A stretch of DNA of 64,000 nt from positions 127,846,001-127,910,000 of the forward strand of contig CM059432.1 in assembly GCA_030390025.1 (NCBI GenBank), written 5' to 3'. The notes below the pieces were generated by a model that worked only from the letters and a program-made list of their open reading frames with translations, ran no database searches and had not been told where the DNA came from. Shown one piece after another: positions 36,514 through 48,873 of this stretch (positions are counted from its first letter, which is position 1; each line of letters begins with the position of its first letter). This DNA is from Squalus acanthias. Taxonomy: Eukaryota. A program made the position numbers and the translations under genes.

Positions 36514-38317
36514 TCGGTTTCCAAAGCTCTCTTTTCTTAAATTAGCTGTTTGGGGGGAAAAGGCGTACCTTTCTCTTTCCCTATTAAGGTCCTGCTGATG
36601 CCACACACCACCAAACTTGCTTCCTCAGCAGAGGAAACAGTGCAGAGTCACAATAAATTATTCTTTGTGATTCACCAATCCCAACTGTCTTTACATTTCC
36701 AGTAAATGTATCTTAATAGTGGTGAGAAATGGAATTGGATCAATTGGATCTCAAAATTATTTTTTTTATTCATTCATGGGATGTGGTAATTCTGAAATCT
36801 ACCTCTGGTATATCTATTTAATGTTAACTGTGTACATGTAGTATTGTATGGTGCAAAAAGTGGAAGCAGATTAAACATCTGCTTTCGTACACAGAACATG
36901 TGTTTTTGTCAAAAATTGAACATATGGAAGTGACTCAAATTTTTTGTTGCAAAATCTTTAAGAGCTGATGTTTATAGCAGATTATGTAACATTTAATTGA
37001 AAGGATATTATATGTTATAAAACAAAAACAATTATAGGCCATTACCAGATAGCAGAACCAATATTTATTAATTTGTATCAAAAATAATAGATGATGCTCT
37101 TCATTTATAAAATTCTCCTTGGTACCCAAATATAGTGATTGTGTACGCCATTTAGTTTTAAAATGATCTCTTTCTCTTCAGAAACTATTGTATACACACT
37201 AAAAATAAAATTATGCTGAATCAATGGGATGTAATTAAGGAATGTTAACTTGACAGGAATCAAATTACACAGGATTCTCAGCCATAAACTGTAAATTAAT
37301 TAAAAATATTAAGAGAGAGTGAGAGAGCAGACTCAAATCCAGAGAGAAAGTCATAACATGCATGACAGAGAAAGAAAGGGAACAATAAAGAAAAATAAAC
37401 AGAGTTAATGTATCATTCACAGTGAAAAAAGTCACAGTTTGGGAGAGAGAGAAGAAAAGTAGCATTCATGGTATGTGTCAAGAGACATTCAATGAACCAA
37501 AAGGGAGACAAATAATCCTTTACAGTGTAGATGAGAAGGGTGAGTGATAGATAGGCATTCAAGTGCATAAGAGACATTTACAACGGTGCAGAATTTGCAG
37601 TCAGCGGCGAAGCGATGGTGTTCGCCACTGACCTCGAAGAAAGCTGCCCACAAAGATCTACCGATTTTAGCTCTCCCGACCTTTGTTTGAATCTGGTGCC
37701 AAATCAAGTGAATCTCTAGCGCCTAGCAACAGTGATGTCATCAAGCTGAATTCTCAGACAGCAAACCGGGAAGTAAAATGCACAGATTCTAATTTACTTT
37801 TTATAAATTTTATAAAGAGCAAAATAAAGATTGGGACATACACATAGGATTAAGGTAGAAGCTGAAATATCATAAACAAACTTTAAAAAAATTACTTTAA
37901 GAACTATGTAATTCTTAATCATATTAATGGAAAAATTTGACATTCCACAAATATAAAATTAGTTTTTCAGGGCCAGAACGGTTGTTTAGCAGTCAATATG
38001 CCATTAAAAACCCAGTTACACCTCTTTCAACAAGGCTTAACTTTTTCCGGGGGTAGGGGGTGGGGGGAGGAGCGGGGTTAACAGTGATATTCCAGTGCAA
38101 TATCGAAGTTTTCGTCCTTATATGTGATTTCAATTAATTGCCAGCTCTGGGGAGTTCCACAGCACAACCTGGGGTGGAGCAGTGAATGACTGACCGCAAC
38201 TTCAGGATTTCCACGTTTATCTGGGCATACGCTAAATCTTGAAGTTGCGGTCAGTTTCAGAGGGGTAATGACGGTGAATGCTGACAGTTTCGCCATCATT
38301 ACCAATGCAACATTGAC

Positions 38318-40895
38318 TTCAGACCCCATGAAGTCTCATGGCTTCAGGTCAAGCATGGGCAAGGAAACCTCCTGCTGATTACCACCTACCGCCCTCCCTC
38401 AGCTGATGAATCAGTACTCCTCCATGTTAAACACCACTTGGAAGAAGCACTGAGAGTAGCAAGGGCACAGAATGTACTCTGGGTGGGGGACTTCAATGTC
38501 CATCACCAAAAATGGCTCGATAGCACCACTACTGACCAAGCTGGCCGAGTCCTGAAGGACATAACTGCCAGTCTGGGCCTGCGACATGTGGTGAGAGAAC
38601 CAACACGAGGGAAAAACCTACTTGACCTCGTCCTCAACAATCTACCTGTCGCTGATGCATCTGTCCATGACAGCATTGGTAGCAGTGACCACCGCACAGT
38701 CATTGTGGAGACGAAGTCCTGTCTTCACACTGAGGACACCCTCCATCGTGTTGTGTAGCACTACCACCGTGCTAAATGGAATAGATTTGGAACAGATCTA
38801 GCAGCTCAAAACTGGGCAACCATGAGGTGCTGTGGACAGCAGAATTGTATTCCACCACAATCTGTAACCTCATGGCCCGGCATATCCCTCACTCTTCCAT
38901 TACCATCAAGCCAGGGAACCAACCCTGATTCAATAAGGAGCGTAGAAGAGCATGCTAGCAGCAGCACCAGGTGTACCAAAAATGTGGTGCCAACCTGGGG
39001 AAACTGCAACACCGGACGACATGATCTCACAATCAGCGGATCAGATCAAAGCTCCGCAGTCCTGCCACATCCAATCGTGAATGGTGGTGGACCATTAAAC
39101 AACTAATGGGAGGAGGAGGCTCCATGAATATCCCCATCCTCAATGATGGTGGAGCCCAGCACGTGAGTGCAAAAGACAAAGCTGAATCAACCATCTTCAG
39201 CCAGAAGTGCCGAGTGGATGATCCATATCGGCCTCCTCCTGAGGTCCCCACCACCACAGAAGCCAGTCTTCAGCCAATTCGATTCACTCCATGTGATATC
39301 AAGAAACGGCTGAGCACACTGGATACAGCAAAGGCTGTGAGCCCCGACAACATCCCGGCTGTAGTGCTGAAGACTTGTGCTCCAGAACTAGCCGCGTCTC
39401 TAGCCAATCTATTCCGGTACAGCTAAAACACTGGCATCTATCCGACAATGTAGAAAACTGCCCAGGTATGTCCTGTCCACAAAAAGCAGGACAAATCCAA
39501 TCCGGCCAATTACCGCCCCATCAATCTACTCTCGATCATTAGCAAAGTGATGGAAGGTGTCGTTGACAGTGCTATCAAGCAGCACTTACTCACCAATAAC
39601 CTGCTCACTGATGCCCAGTTTGGGTTCCGCCAAGACCACTCGGCTCCAGACCTCATTACAGCCTTGGTCTAAACATGGACAAAAGAGCTGAATTCCAGAG
39701 GTGAGGTGAGAGTGACTGCCCTTGACATCAAGGCAGCATTTGACACTGTGGCAGAGTGTGGCATCAAGGAGCCCTCATAAAACTGAAGTCAATGGGAATC
39801 AGGGGGGAAAACACTCCACTGGCTGGAGTCATACCTAGCACAAAGGAAGATGGTTGTGGTGGTTGGAGGTCAATCATCACAGCCCCAGGACATCGCTGCA
39901 GGAATTTCTAAGGGCAGTGTCCTAGGCCCAACCATCTTCAGCTGCTTCATCAATGAACTTCCCTCCATCATAAGGTCAGAAGTGGGGATGGTCACTGATG
40001 ACTGCATAGTGTTCAGTGCCATTCGCAACTCCTCAGATAATGAAGCAATCCATGTCCGCATGCAACAAGACCTGGACGACATTCAGGCTTGGGCTGATAA
40101 GTGGCAGGTAACATTCGCACCACACAAGTGCCAGGAAATGACTATCTGCAACAAGCGAGCATCTAACCACTGCCCCTTGACATTCAAGGGCACTACCATC
40201 GCCGAATCCCCCATAATCAATATCCTCGGGATCACCATTGACCAGAAACTTAACTGGACCAGCCACATAAATACTGTGGCAACAAGAGCGAGTCAGAGGC
40301 TGGCTATTCTGCGGCGAGTGTCTCACCTCCTGACTCCCCAAAGCCTTTCCACCATCTACAAGGCACAAGTCAGGAGTGTCATGGAATACTCTCCACGTGC
40401 CTGGATGAGTGCAGCTCCAACAACACTCATGAAGCTCGACACCATCCAGGACAAAGCAGCCCACTTGATTGGCACCCCATCCACCACCTTAAACATTCAC
40501 TCCCTACACCACCAGTGTACCGTGGCTGCAGTGTGTACCAGCTACAAGATGCACTGCAGCAACTCACCAAGGTTTCTTCGGCAGCACCTCCCAAACCCGC
40601 GACCTCTATCGCCTAGAAGGACAAGGGCAGCAGACGCATGGGAACACCACCACCTCTAAGTTCTCCTCCAAGTCACACATCATCCTGACTTGGAAGTATA
40701 TCGTCGTTCCTTCATCGTCGCTGGGTCAAAATCCTGGAACTCCCTCCCTAACAGCACTGTGGGAGTACCTTCACCACACGGACTTCAGTGGTTCAAGAAG
40801 GCGGCTCACCACCACCTTCTCAAGGGCAATTAGGGATGGGCAATAAAGCTGGCCTTGCCAGCAACGCCCACATCCCATGAACGAATATTAAAAAA
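38318..40895 (+). mobile_element. 5'-truncated CR1/L2-group LINE (APE end and RT), multiply disrupted
   Basis: VGDFNVHH, PTRGKNLLDLVL, SDH, PDNIPAVVLK, NYRPI, GSVLGPTIFSCFIN, YKAQVRSVMEY; 3' end CAATTAGGGATGGGCAATAAA...A-rich. Confidence 0.92.
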
Positions 40896-42699
40896 AAATC
40901 TGGGCCATTGTGTTAGAAGCTGGAAAGGGAGAGGGATAGTGTGAGAGAGTCATTAACAGCTTGTATGAGAGATAAGCTTTCCAGTATTGCTAAGTCAACT
41001 TTGATAGAATCTTAGCTGCAGCCTTTCTTTTTAAGACATACTTTAAAGCTCTTGGCAATGCTGCAAAACTGCAGCAATTACAGACTGTACCTCGATAGGA
41101 TGTTAGCAGATCATATGGAGCTTCCTGAATGCTAAGATGGAGTAAGGAGGAAGACACCATGGTTCCCCACAAGTAGAGAAAAACAGACCTTTATTTTTTG
41201 AAAAAAATGTGTTTTGATGTTTACATGAGAAATTTTACAAACAGCCTGTTCAAAAAATAGATGAGGGCCAGTGGTGCAATCACCACCTGGAATAATTGGG
41301 AAAGTATTGGGACTAACATTTAGCAAATGTTACTGGAATAGTCTGGTCCACCATTACAGTTCATAATGTTAATGCTGGTTCCAAGCAGCAGCAGTTGAGT
41401 GCATCTTTTAATGTGGAAAAGTCAAGAAGAGCTGGCAGGCACCAGGGAAGACTGGGAAGAGGGGTGAGAGAAATCAGTTAAATGGGGTGGAGAGAAATCA
41501 CTGATATGTGTATTTGGAGCATGGGAAATAAAAGACTGGAAAATCAGCACATGAAAAAAAAAATACAATAAAAGGTGCAAATGGAAGGGCTGAAAAAAAA
41601 AGAAAAATGTAATGACAAAGTGACACCTGAACGAGAGTACAGCAATAAACACAAAACTGAGTGTTGGAGAATGGGAACCAAGAGAGTGTAAGAGAAGCTG
41701 AGAGACAGAACTGGGACAGGGAGACAGCAGGAAAAGGTGCATGTAAGAGACCAGGGTACAGAGATGACAATGAGTCAGAGAACTGAGTGTTAGAGACACC
41801 GAGTGCAATAGTACCACAGAGGAGTCAGCAGAGGAAAGAAAGTGCCCACAGTGTGTCTGCCCCAAGTGTTCAGCAGCTGAGTGCAGAGAGAGAGAGAGAG
41901 AGAGACCTGGGTGTGACTGAAGGAGCAAGCCCGAATGGACCTTCAGCCTGTTCCAGAGGCAAAAAGGAGAGAGGCAGGAGGAGAAAAAGGGGAAGTGAAA
42001 GGGGAGTAAAGAAAAACAAGTGAAGAGAAGGAAAACAGAAATGGAGAAGAAAAACAGAAGAGAAGGAGGGAGAGAATTAGAGTAGGGGAGGACAGAGAAT
42101 CAGAAGTGAAGGAGAGATTCACCACTACCAGTACCTTTAGCTAAAAGGGCACGAGAGGTTGAAAGTTTAATGATGGGGCCCAGCCTGAAAAATCTTAAGA
42201 ACAAGTAAATCAGATAGTTTTGTTTAAATTTAAGAATTACAAATGGCTTCAATGAACCTTGAGCAAAGGCATATGGGTAGGGCATGCATGTAAGCAGGCC
42301 TCTCTGTTCCTACCATTATTTTGTAGATGCTTGCACCTATGTTGAGGGTTGCCACTTCTGTTTTAGAACGGCCAGCTTTTTGAGCAAGCATATCCAGAAA
42401 TTTCTGAAATGTGAACCTGACAGTAAAGGTTAAACATAGAAGTCTTCCCTCCATTTAAAATCATATTACAGAACAGAAACCGATTTAGTCGGTCCATCAA
42501 GTCACATTAGTGGGTTACTGCATAGGAGCCAACTGGTCTAATCTCACTCCTACTTGCTCTGCATGCCTGTGTCTTATGATGAGCAGGAATTAATTATTAA
42601 GGTTTTCAATAATTTTTGCACCATCACTTAAAAAAAATATAGATCCAATCTCAAGTTCTGCCTGATTGCCACCCTCTCTCTGCCCTTTCCCCCCATTGA

Positions 42700-43090
42700 T
42701 TGGGTCAGCTAGGCTGACACTCCAGTGCAGTGCTGAGGGAGTGCTGCGCTGTCAGAGGTGGCGTCTTTCAGATGAGACGTTAAACCGAGGCCCCGTCTGC
42801 TCTCTCAGGTGGACGTAAAAGATCCCGTGGCACTATTTCGAAGAAGGGTAGGGGAGTTATCCCCGGTGTCCTGGCCAATATTTCTCCCTCAATCAACATA
42901 ACAAAAAAAACATTATCTGGTCACTTTCACGTTGCTGTTTGTGGGAGCTTGCTGTGCGCAAATTGGCTGCCACGTTTCCCACATTACAACAGTGATTCCA
43001 CTCCAAAAGTACTTCATTGGCTGTAAAGCGCTTTGGGACGTCCGGTGGTCGTGAAAGGCGCTATATAAATGCAAGTCTTTCTTTCTTTGA
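42700..43090 (+). mobile_element. Deu-domain SINE, well-conserved body without tRNA head
   Basis: Colinear with 3660-4030 and 21935-22310. Confidence 0.85.
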
Positions 43091-43109
43091 TTGCGACTTA
43101 GCAAAAAAA

Positions 43110-43800
43110 AAGGTGGCGCTCCTAATGAAGGAGACAGAGTTGTATGAGAAAGCAGAGTGTAGGTCGTGTCTCTGAGCGACTGCGAGAGACAACCATTCTA
43201 CGTAGGGCGCGGTGGCGTTTGCAAAGAAATAGCGAGAAACTTGACTGCGAGGAGAAAACCCAGGGACACAAATCAAAGAGCGGAGCAGGGAAGGCAGACG
43301 TTCAACGCATGCGCTTTCCTTGTTTTTCCACGTGACCGGCATCCTCGGGAGCGCCTCGAGACGGCCGGCGGGGAGTAAGTGGGGGAGCGGCCGGGCGCGA
43401 GGCGCATTGAGAGCGAGCGGCCAACCGCCATCCTGAGCGAGACCCCCCAAAAAATAACACAAAAAAAACAACCGCCGGGCTCGAGCTGCAGGCGCAGGGC
43501 GCGCGTGCGCAGTAACCCGGCTGCTGGCCGCTGCGAGTCCGTGTGACTAATCTGCTGTCGTATTGTTTCTCCCCTTTCTCTCTTTAAAAAAAAACCCCAC
43601 CACCACCATCATCATCACCATCGCCGCCGCCTCGGCTTTCTCGTTCTCTCCTCTTGCCGTCGCCCGTCGTGAAGGATGCCCGATCAAATCTCGGTGTCGG
43701 AGTTTATCGCCGAGACGACGGAAGATTATAACTCGCCGACCACGTCCAGCTTCACCACCAAGCTGCTCAACTGCAGGAACACGGCGTCCCTGCTCGAGGA
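43110..43800 (+). promoter_or_regulatory. CpG island / probable alternative ASAP1 promoter
   Basis: Dense CpG outside any recognisable repeat. E-box CACGTGAC at 43329-43336, NRF1-like CGCATGCGC (~43306) and GCGCGTGCGCA (43501-43511), candidate donor GTAAGT at 43375. Confidence 0.7.
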
Positions 43801-43801
43801 G
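43675..43801 (+). CDS. ASAP1: ASAP1 exon encoding the start of the BAR region (MPDQISVSEFIAETTEDYNSPTTSSFTTKLLNCRNTASLLEE)
   Basis: FIAETTEDYNSPTTSSFTT fits ASAP1 rather than ASAP2. Pyrimidine tract plus AAG|G acceptor at 43674, donor GAG|GTAAGG at 43802. No downstream exon recognised in the window. Confidence 0.95.
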
Positions 43802-46800
43802 GTAAGGACCGAGCCATGCACAGCGCTCAAAACTCGCACAGGAAGGAAGAGAAAGAGAGGGGAGAGGGTTAGAGAAAGGCAGCCATCTATCACACGCACC
43901 GATCCCGCTGGTTCTTTCTCTCTCTCTCTCAATGCACGGTTTTTCCCTCTCCCTCTCTGCTTTGCTGCTGCTTCTATTTAAGTCTGCGTATTCCGTCTTA
44001 CATAATTGAAATGCTGGAGCTCTGGCAGGCGATGCTGGTGTCGCTTGATGGGGTCGTTGCAGCTCTGGCTGCCAGTGTTCTAGCAAACGCTTTATTAAAG
44101 CCCGTCTCTCTGAGCCCCAGCACCCTCCTCCTCCTCCTCTTCCCCTCCCTCTCATCCCGCATCCCCTTTTAATTCGAACCATATTTCCATCGGGATTTTA
44201 TATATTTTTTTGCTGTGTGTTGTGGAATATTACTTGACTCAAATCAGTTCAGGGATGCGCAGACAAACTTGGAACACGCCATGCCCTTTTCTCATTTATT
44301 TTAATAGTTGTGTGTGTGTGTGTCAGCAAAAGGCTTGCATTTTTTCCCCATGTTTTTTGGCAAAGCTTGTGGAAGGCAAATTTATACCACGGCGTTTGTG
44401 TTGCTGGAATATGTTGGCTAAGGACTAGCCAATTTTATTATTCCAATATTTGCAGGAACGTCAATGTTTCCATACTGTCCAGTTCTTGCATATTAAACTT
44501 GCAGCGTCGTGGGATTTTCTGTCACCGTCATACATAAGATGTGCAGCAATTACAAATCGCATTTTCCCTGTTTGGTTTATTCCCCGTTTTCTTTATTTGT
44601 GTTTCATGCCGTTCATATTGTTCAGCGCTGGTGGTGTTCCAGTTTTTGCGTCGTGGTTGATAAAGATTGTGAAGTTTTAACAGTTGGCTTTTCCTGTTGG
44701 CTTTTTCTCCATCTCTGACAGCGTTTGAGAGTTGCTATTGGTGTGCAGAATTGAGATGGTAGCAGGGCCTTAGGCCGCGCCTTTGCTCAATCAATTGGAT
44801 TAACAGGGTTCTCCAAGAAAATTTGGAAGTTGATGCCAAAGTCTTTATTTGTACGTTTTTAAAGAAAGCAAATTGATCCATTGTACCTTTCTGTGCCGTG
44901 CATCATTCCTTCATTGAGGAGGATGGCAGGTAGCCTGTCAGAGGTTTTTGGATAGTGATGTTTTTGAACTGGGTGTTGAATGCACGGTATACGGTGGGCA
45001 TAGTTTGCATGCTTCTTTGATTATTATCTCATTGGGAGAAAGCATCTTGTCTCCATTTGGCGATTAACTAGGATGAGATCAGGACTGCCAGTGGGGAAGA
45101 GTAACTTGATTCTTCCATTCCAGAGGGTATCATGTCAGCACAATTACAGACTTACTTACTTGTACCGTGGAGTATATTTGTTAGGTGTTGTACTGACTGT
45201 TTTGTGTTAATGTAGAATTTAAATATATCAAATTTTATATAGTGCTATGTTAAAATGAGCAGGTGTACAAGAATGCTATTTGTAGGATTGTGACTGAAAA
45301 TTATAAAGGCCTAAATAATTTAATTCATGATCTCCAGATATATTATTGTTTATGATCTATTAAAAAGATGCAGGAATCTATTTGCTAAAGTTGGCCTGAG
45401 TTTTGGTTTAGTGAGTCCAATAAGGACTCCATAATCATTTGTAGTAATGCATTCCACAATCCAATAAGTCTTTACATGAAAAAATGTTTTGGAGAAGGGG
45501 TAGTTAAAAGTAGGAACTATAGACGAAGTACCTGCTGGTGATGGTACTTCATGAGTGAATATTCATTAAAAAAAATAGTCCATGAGATAAGTTGAATACT
45601 GCATTTTGAAATGTTCAATGCTTTCTCCAACTCATGGCGCAGACCGTGTAGATCAATTTGAAACGTATTGAGCTTTGATTAGTTTATTCTTAAAAGATCA
45701 TGTAGAATGCTCATTGCAGAATATTCTTATCCACAACTGTGGCAGCGTTAAGATTTTAGTGAAGCATAAAGATGAGGATGTGAAACTTTAGTGTTATTTC
45801 TACTTAAACTGCAAGAAGCATGCAGAAGTGTATTCATAGATTTTGCCCATCTAAACTTCAAATATGTTTGAAGATATAACACAAGGTGAAGAACTGGTGT
45901 TGGGTTTTAGTGATGGGAGCAAGTTGAGATGAATTAACAGCATTAAAGCATATTAGTACAAGCCTGAATTTTCCCATAGTGTAATTTGTACCAGTATACC
46001 AAACAAGAACTGGTCCTATCTTATGATTATGACGGGACAAATCATAACTGGCACTGTCATTATTCAAAATTTGGAGGATTTTCACGCATCCAGACATGCG
46101 CTACACAATGCACTGCATTGGCATGCAGTGAATGCTGAAACACTGGTTTGTGTTGTACTGGATTTGACCTATGTTGAGCCATTAGGTTTGATCAGTGTCT
46201 GTGGGAACATATGTCGTCGGTGGCAGTAATAAATTAGCCTCTGTTTACAAGTTGTAGTGGTATGAAAACCTTAATATAATGAGGGCGTAAGTCAGAGTTA
46301 TACGGCACCGAAAGAGGCCCTTCGGCCCATCGTGTCTGCGCCGGCCATCAAGCCCTATCTATTCTAATCCCATTTTCCAGCACTTGGTCCGTAGCCTTGT
46401 ATGCTATGGCGTTTCAAGTGCTCATCTAAATGCTTCTTGAATGTTGTGAGGGTTCCTGCCTCTACCACCCTTTCAGGCAGTGAGTTCCAGATTCCAACCA
46501 CCCTCTGGGTGAAAAAGTTTTTCCTCAAATCCCCTCTAAACCTTCTGCCCCTTACCTTGAAACTATGCCCCCTGGTTCTTGACCCCTCTACTAAAGGGAA
46601 AAGTTCATTTCTATCTACACCCCTCATAATTTTGTACACCTCAATCAGGTACCCCCTCAGCCTTCTCTGCTCTGAGGAAAACAACCCCAGTCTGTCCAGT
46701 CTCTCTTCATAGCTGAAATGCTCCAGCCCAGGTAACATCCTGGTGAATCTCCTCTGCACCCTCTCCAATGCAATCGCATCCTTTCTATAGTGTGGCGACC

Positions 46801-46883
46801 AGAACTGCACACAGTATTCCAGTTGTGGCCTAACTAGTGGTTTGTACAGCTCCATCATAACCTCCCTGCTCTTATATTCTATG

Positions 46884-47320
46884 AGAAGTCGCACAACACC
46901 AGGTTATAGTCCAACAGATTTATTTAATTTTACAAGCTTTCGGAACAGTTCGTTCCTTCGTCAGGTAAGTTAGCAGTGAGAGAATCTCCCAGAATTCACA
47001 ATTTAAACACAGACAAAATATATTCAAATCTTTCCTACATCAAAGAGCACAGCCAAGACAATGAGATGTGTCCCAGGGGGTCCAACGTGTCAAACCACCT
47101 GCTGGCTGCATATCCTGTCAATCTGTGTAGGTTCTTGTGTTAGTCTTTTAAAAAAAAAAAACACCTGGGAAGACCGGCCATGATGTCAAGTCACGTTCTG
47201 TATCGTGACATGAACCCGATATCGCGATTGAGGCCATCCTCATGAGTGCGGAACTTGGCTATCAGTTTCTGCTCTATGATTTTGCGCTGTCGTGTATCTC
47301 GAAGGCCGCCTTGGAGAATG
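46884..47320 (-). mobile_element. 5'-truncated Penelope-like element: GIY-YIG endonuclease C-terminus plus pLTR
   Basis: Minus strand of ~47193-47319 reads ILQGGLRDTRQRKIIEQKLIAKFRTHEDGLNRDIGFMSRYRT*, the PLE R..E..I..F.T...GLN pattern. It is followed by the same pLTR as 21373 and 26575. ATG is present at both junctions. Confidence 0.85.
46930..46968 (-). ncRNA. Minimal hammerhead ribozyme motif, compensated variant
   Basis: TTAC-CTGACGA-A-GGAAC-GAACT-GTTCC-GAAAGCTT-GTAA. Confidence 0.82.
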
Positions 47321-47780
47321 CCTCAGCTAATGAAGGCAAGTATCCCATATGCCTTCTTAACCACCTTATCTACCTGTCCTGCTGCCTTCAGGGATCTATG
47401 TACATGCACACCAAGGTTCCTCTGTCCTACCATTCATTGTGTATTCCCTTGCCTTGTTAGTCCTCCCAAAATGCATCACCTTACACTTTTCAGGGTTAAA
47501 TTCCATTTGCCACTGTTCTGCCCATCTGACCAACCCGTCTATATCGTCCTGTAGCCTGAGGCTTCCCTCCTCGCTATTTACCACTCCACCAATTTTCATG
47601 TCATCTGTGAACATGCTGATCATGCCTCCTACGTTCATATCTAAATCATTAATGTACACTACAAACAACAAGGGACCCAGCACCGATCCCTGCGGTACAC
47701 CACTGGACACAGGCTTCCAGTCACAAAAACAACCTTCGACCATCACCTTTTGCCTCCTGACACTAAGCCAAGTGTATCTT

Positions 47781-47890
47781 ACATAGATACATAGATACAT
47801 AGATACATAGATACATAGATACATAGATACATAGATACATAGATACATAGATACATAGATACATAGATACATAGATACATAGATACATAG
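47781..47890. repeat. (CATAGATA)n octamer array, ~13.5 copies, tail of the adjacent CR1
   Basis: Perfect tandem octamer directly abutting the CR1 3' UTR at 47891. Confidence 0.95.
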
Positions 47891-48873
47891 AAGATAGGAG
47901 CAGGAGTAGGCCATCCGGCCCTTCGAGCCTGCTCCGCCATTTAATGAGATCATGGCTGATCCTCCAATTCAGTATCCTGTCCCCGCCTTCTCTCCATAAC
48001 CCTTAACCCCTTTTGCCTGTAGAAATATATCTAATTCCCTCTTAAATATATTTAATGAGCTGGCGTACACTGCCCTCTGTGGCAATGAGTTCCACAGGTT
48101 CACCACCCTCTGAGTGAAGAAATTCCCCCTCATTTCTGTCCTAAATGGTTTAGCCCTTATCCTTAAATTATGTCCTCTAGTTCTGTTCTCACCCGCCAAG
48201 GGAAACATTCCTTCTGCATCTAGTCTGTCTAGACCTGTCAGAATTTTATACACTTCTATGAGGTCCCCTCTCAATCTTCTAAACTCCAGTGTGTACATAC
48301 CTAAACTACATAGTCTCTCCTCATAGGTCAATCCCGCCATTCCTGGTATCAGCCTGGTGAATCGCCGCTGCACCCCCTCCATGGCAAGAACATCTTTCCT
48401 CAGATGAGGCGACCAAAACTGTACACAGTACTCGAGGTGTGGTCTCACCAGTGCCCTGTACAGCTGCAGCAAGGTATCCCTGTTCCTGTATTCCAACCCT
48501 TTTGCTATGAAGGCCAGCATACCGTTTGCCTTCTTGACCGCCTGTTGCACCTGCATGCTCGCCTTCAGTGACTGGTGTACAAGAACACCCAGGTCTCTCT
48601 GTACTTCCCCCTCTCCCAATTTATAGCCATTTAAATAATAATTTGCCCTCCCGTTCCTGCACCCAAGGTGGATAACTTCGCACTTGTCCACATTATAGTG
48701 CATCTGCCATTTATCCGCCCAATCACCCAGTCTGTCCAAATCGCTCTGGAGCTTCCTGGTCTCCTCCTCTGAGCCCACCCCCCCTCCTAGTTTAGTGTCG
48801 TCTGCAAATTTGGAAATGCTGCATCCGACTCCCTGATCCAGGTCATTAATGTAAATTGTGAACAGCTGGGGAT
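47891..48873 (-). mobile_element. Young 5'-truncated CR1 LINE
   Basis: Open frame from FADDTKLGG through LVRPHLEYCVQFWSP to KGYGEKAGTGY*, then 3' UTR and long perfect tail. Confidence 0.93.

Larger units (their letters stand above)
46290..47780 (-). mobile_element. 5'-truncated CR1 LINE interrupted by a Penelope insertion
   Basis: SGVPQGSVLGPLLFVVYINDLD, FTDDMKIGG, LVRPQLEYCVQFWSP, RRLRGYLIEVYKI and 3' UTR. Confidence 0.92.

Noticed and set aside
41420..42120. Purine-rich tract with hydrophobic minus-strand ORFs
   Set aside because: Degenerate GA-rich low-complexity intron sequence.
43547..44182. 211-aa antisense ORF over the ASAP1 exon
   Set aside because: Low-complexity product from GC-rich and GA-repeat sequence; a shadow of the real exon.
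47781..47890. CRISPR-like array or repetitive protein (YLCIYVSM repeats in ORF 47396-47953)
   Set aside because: Spacerless 8-bp microsatellite forming a CR1 tail. The ORF is read-through into a neighbouring CR1.
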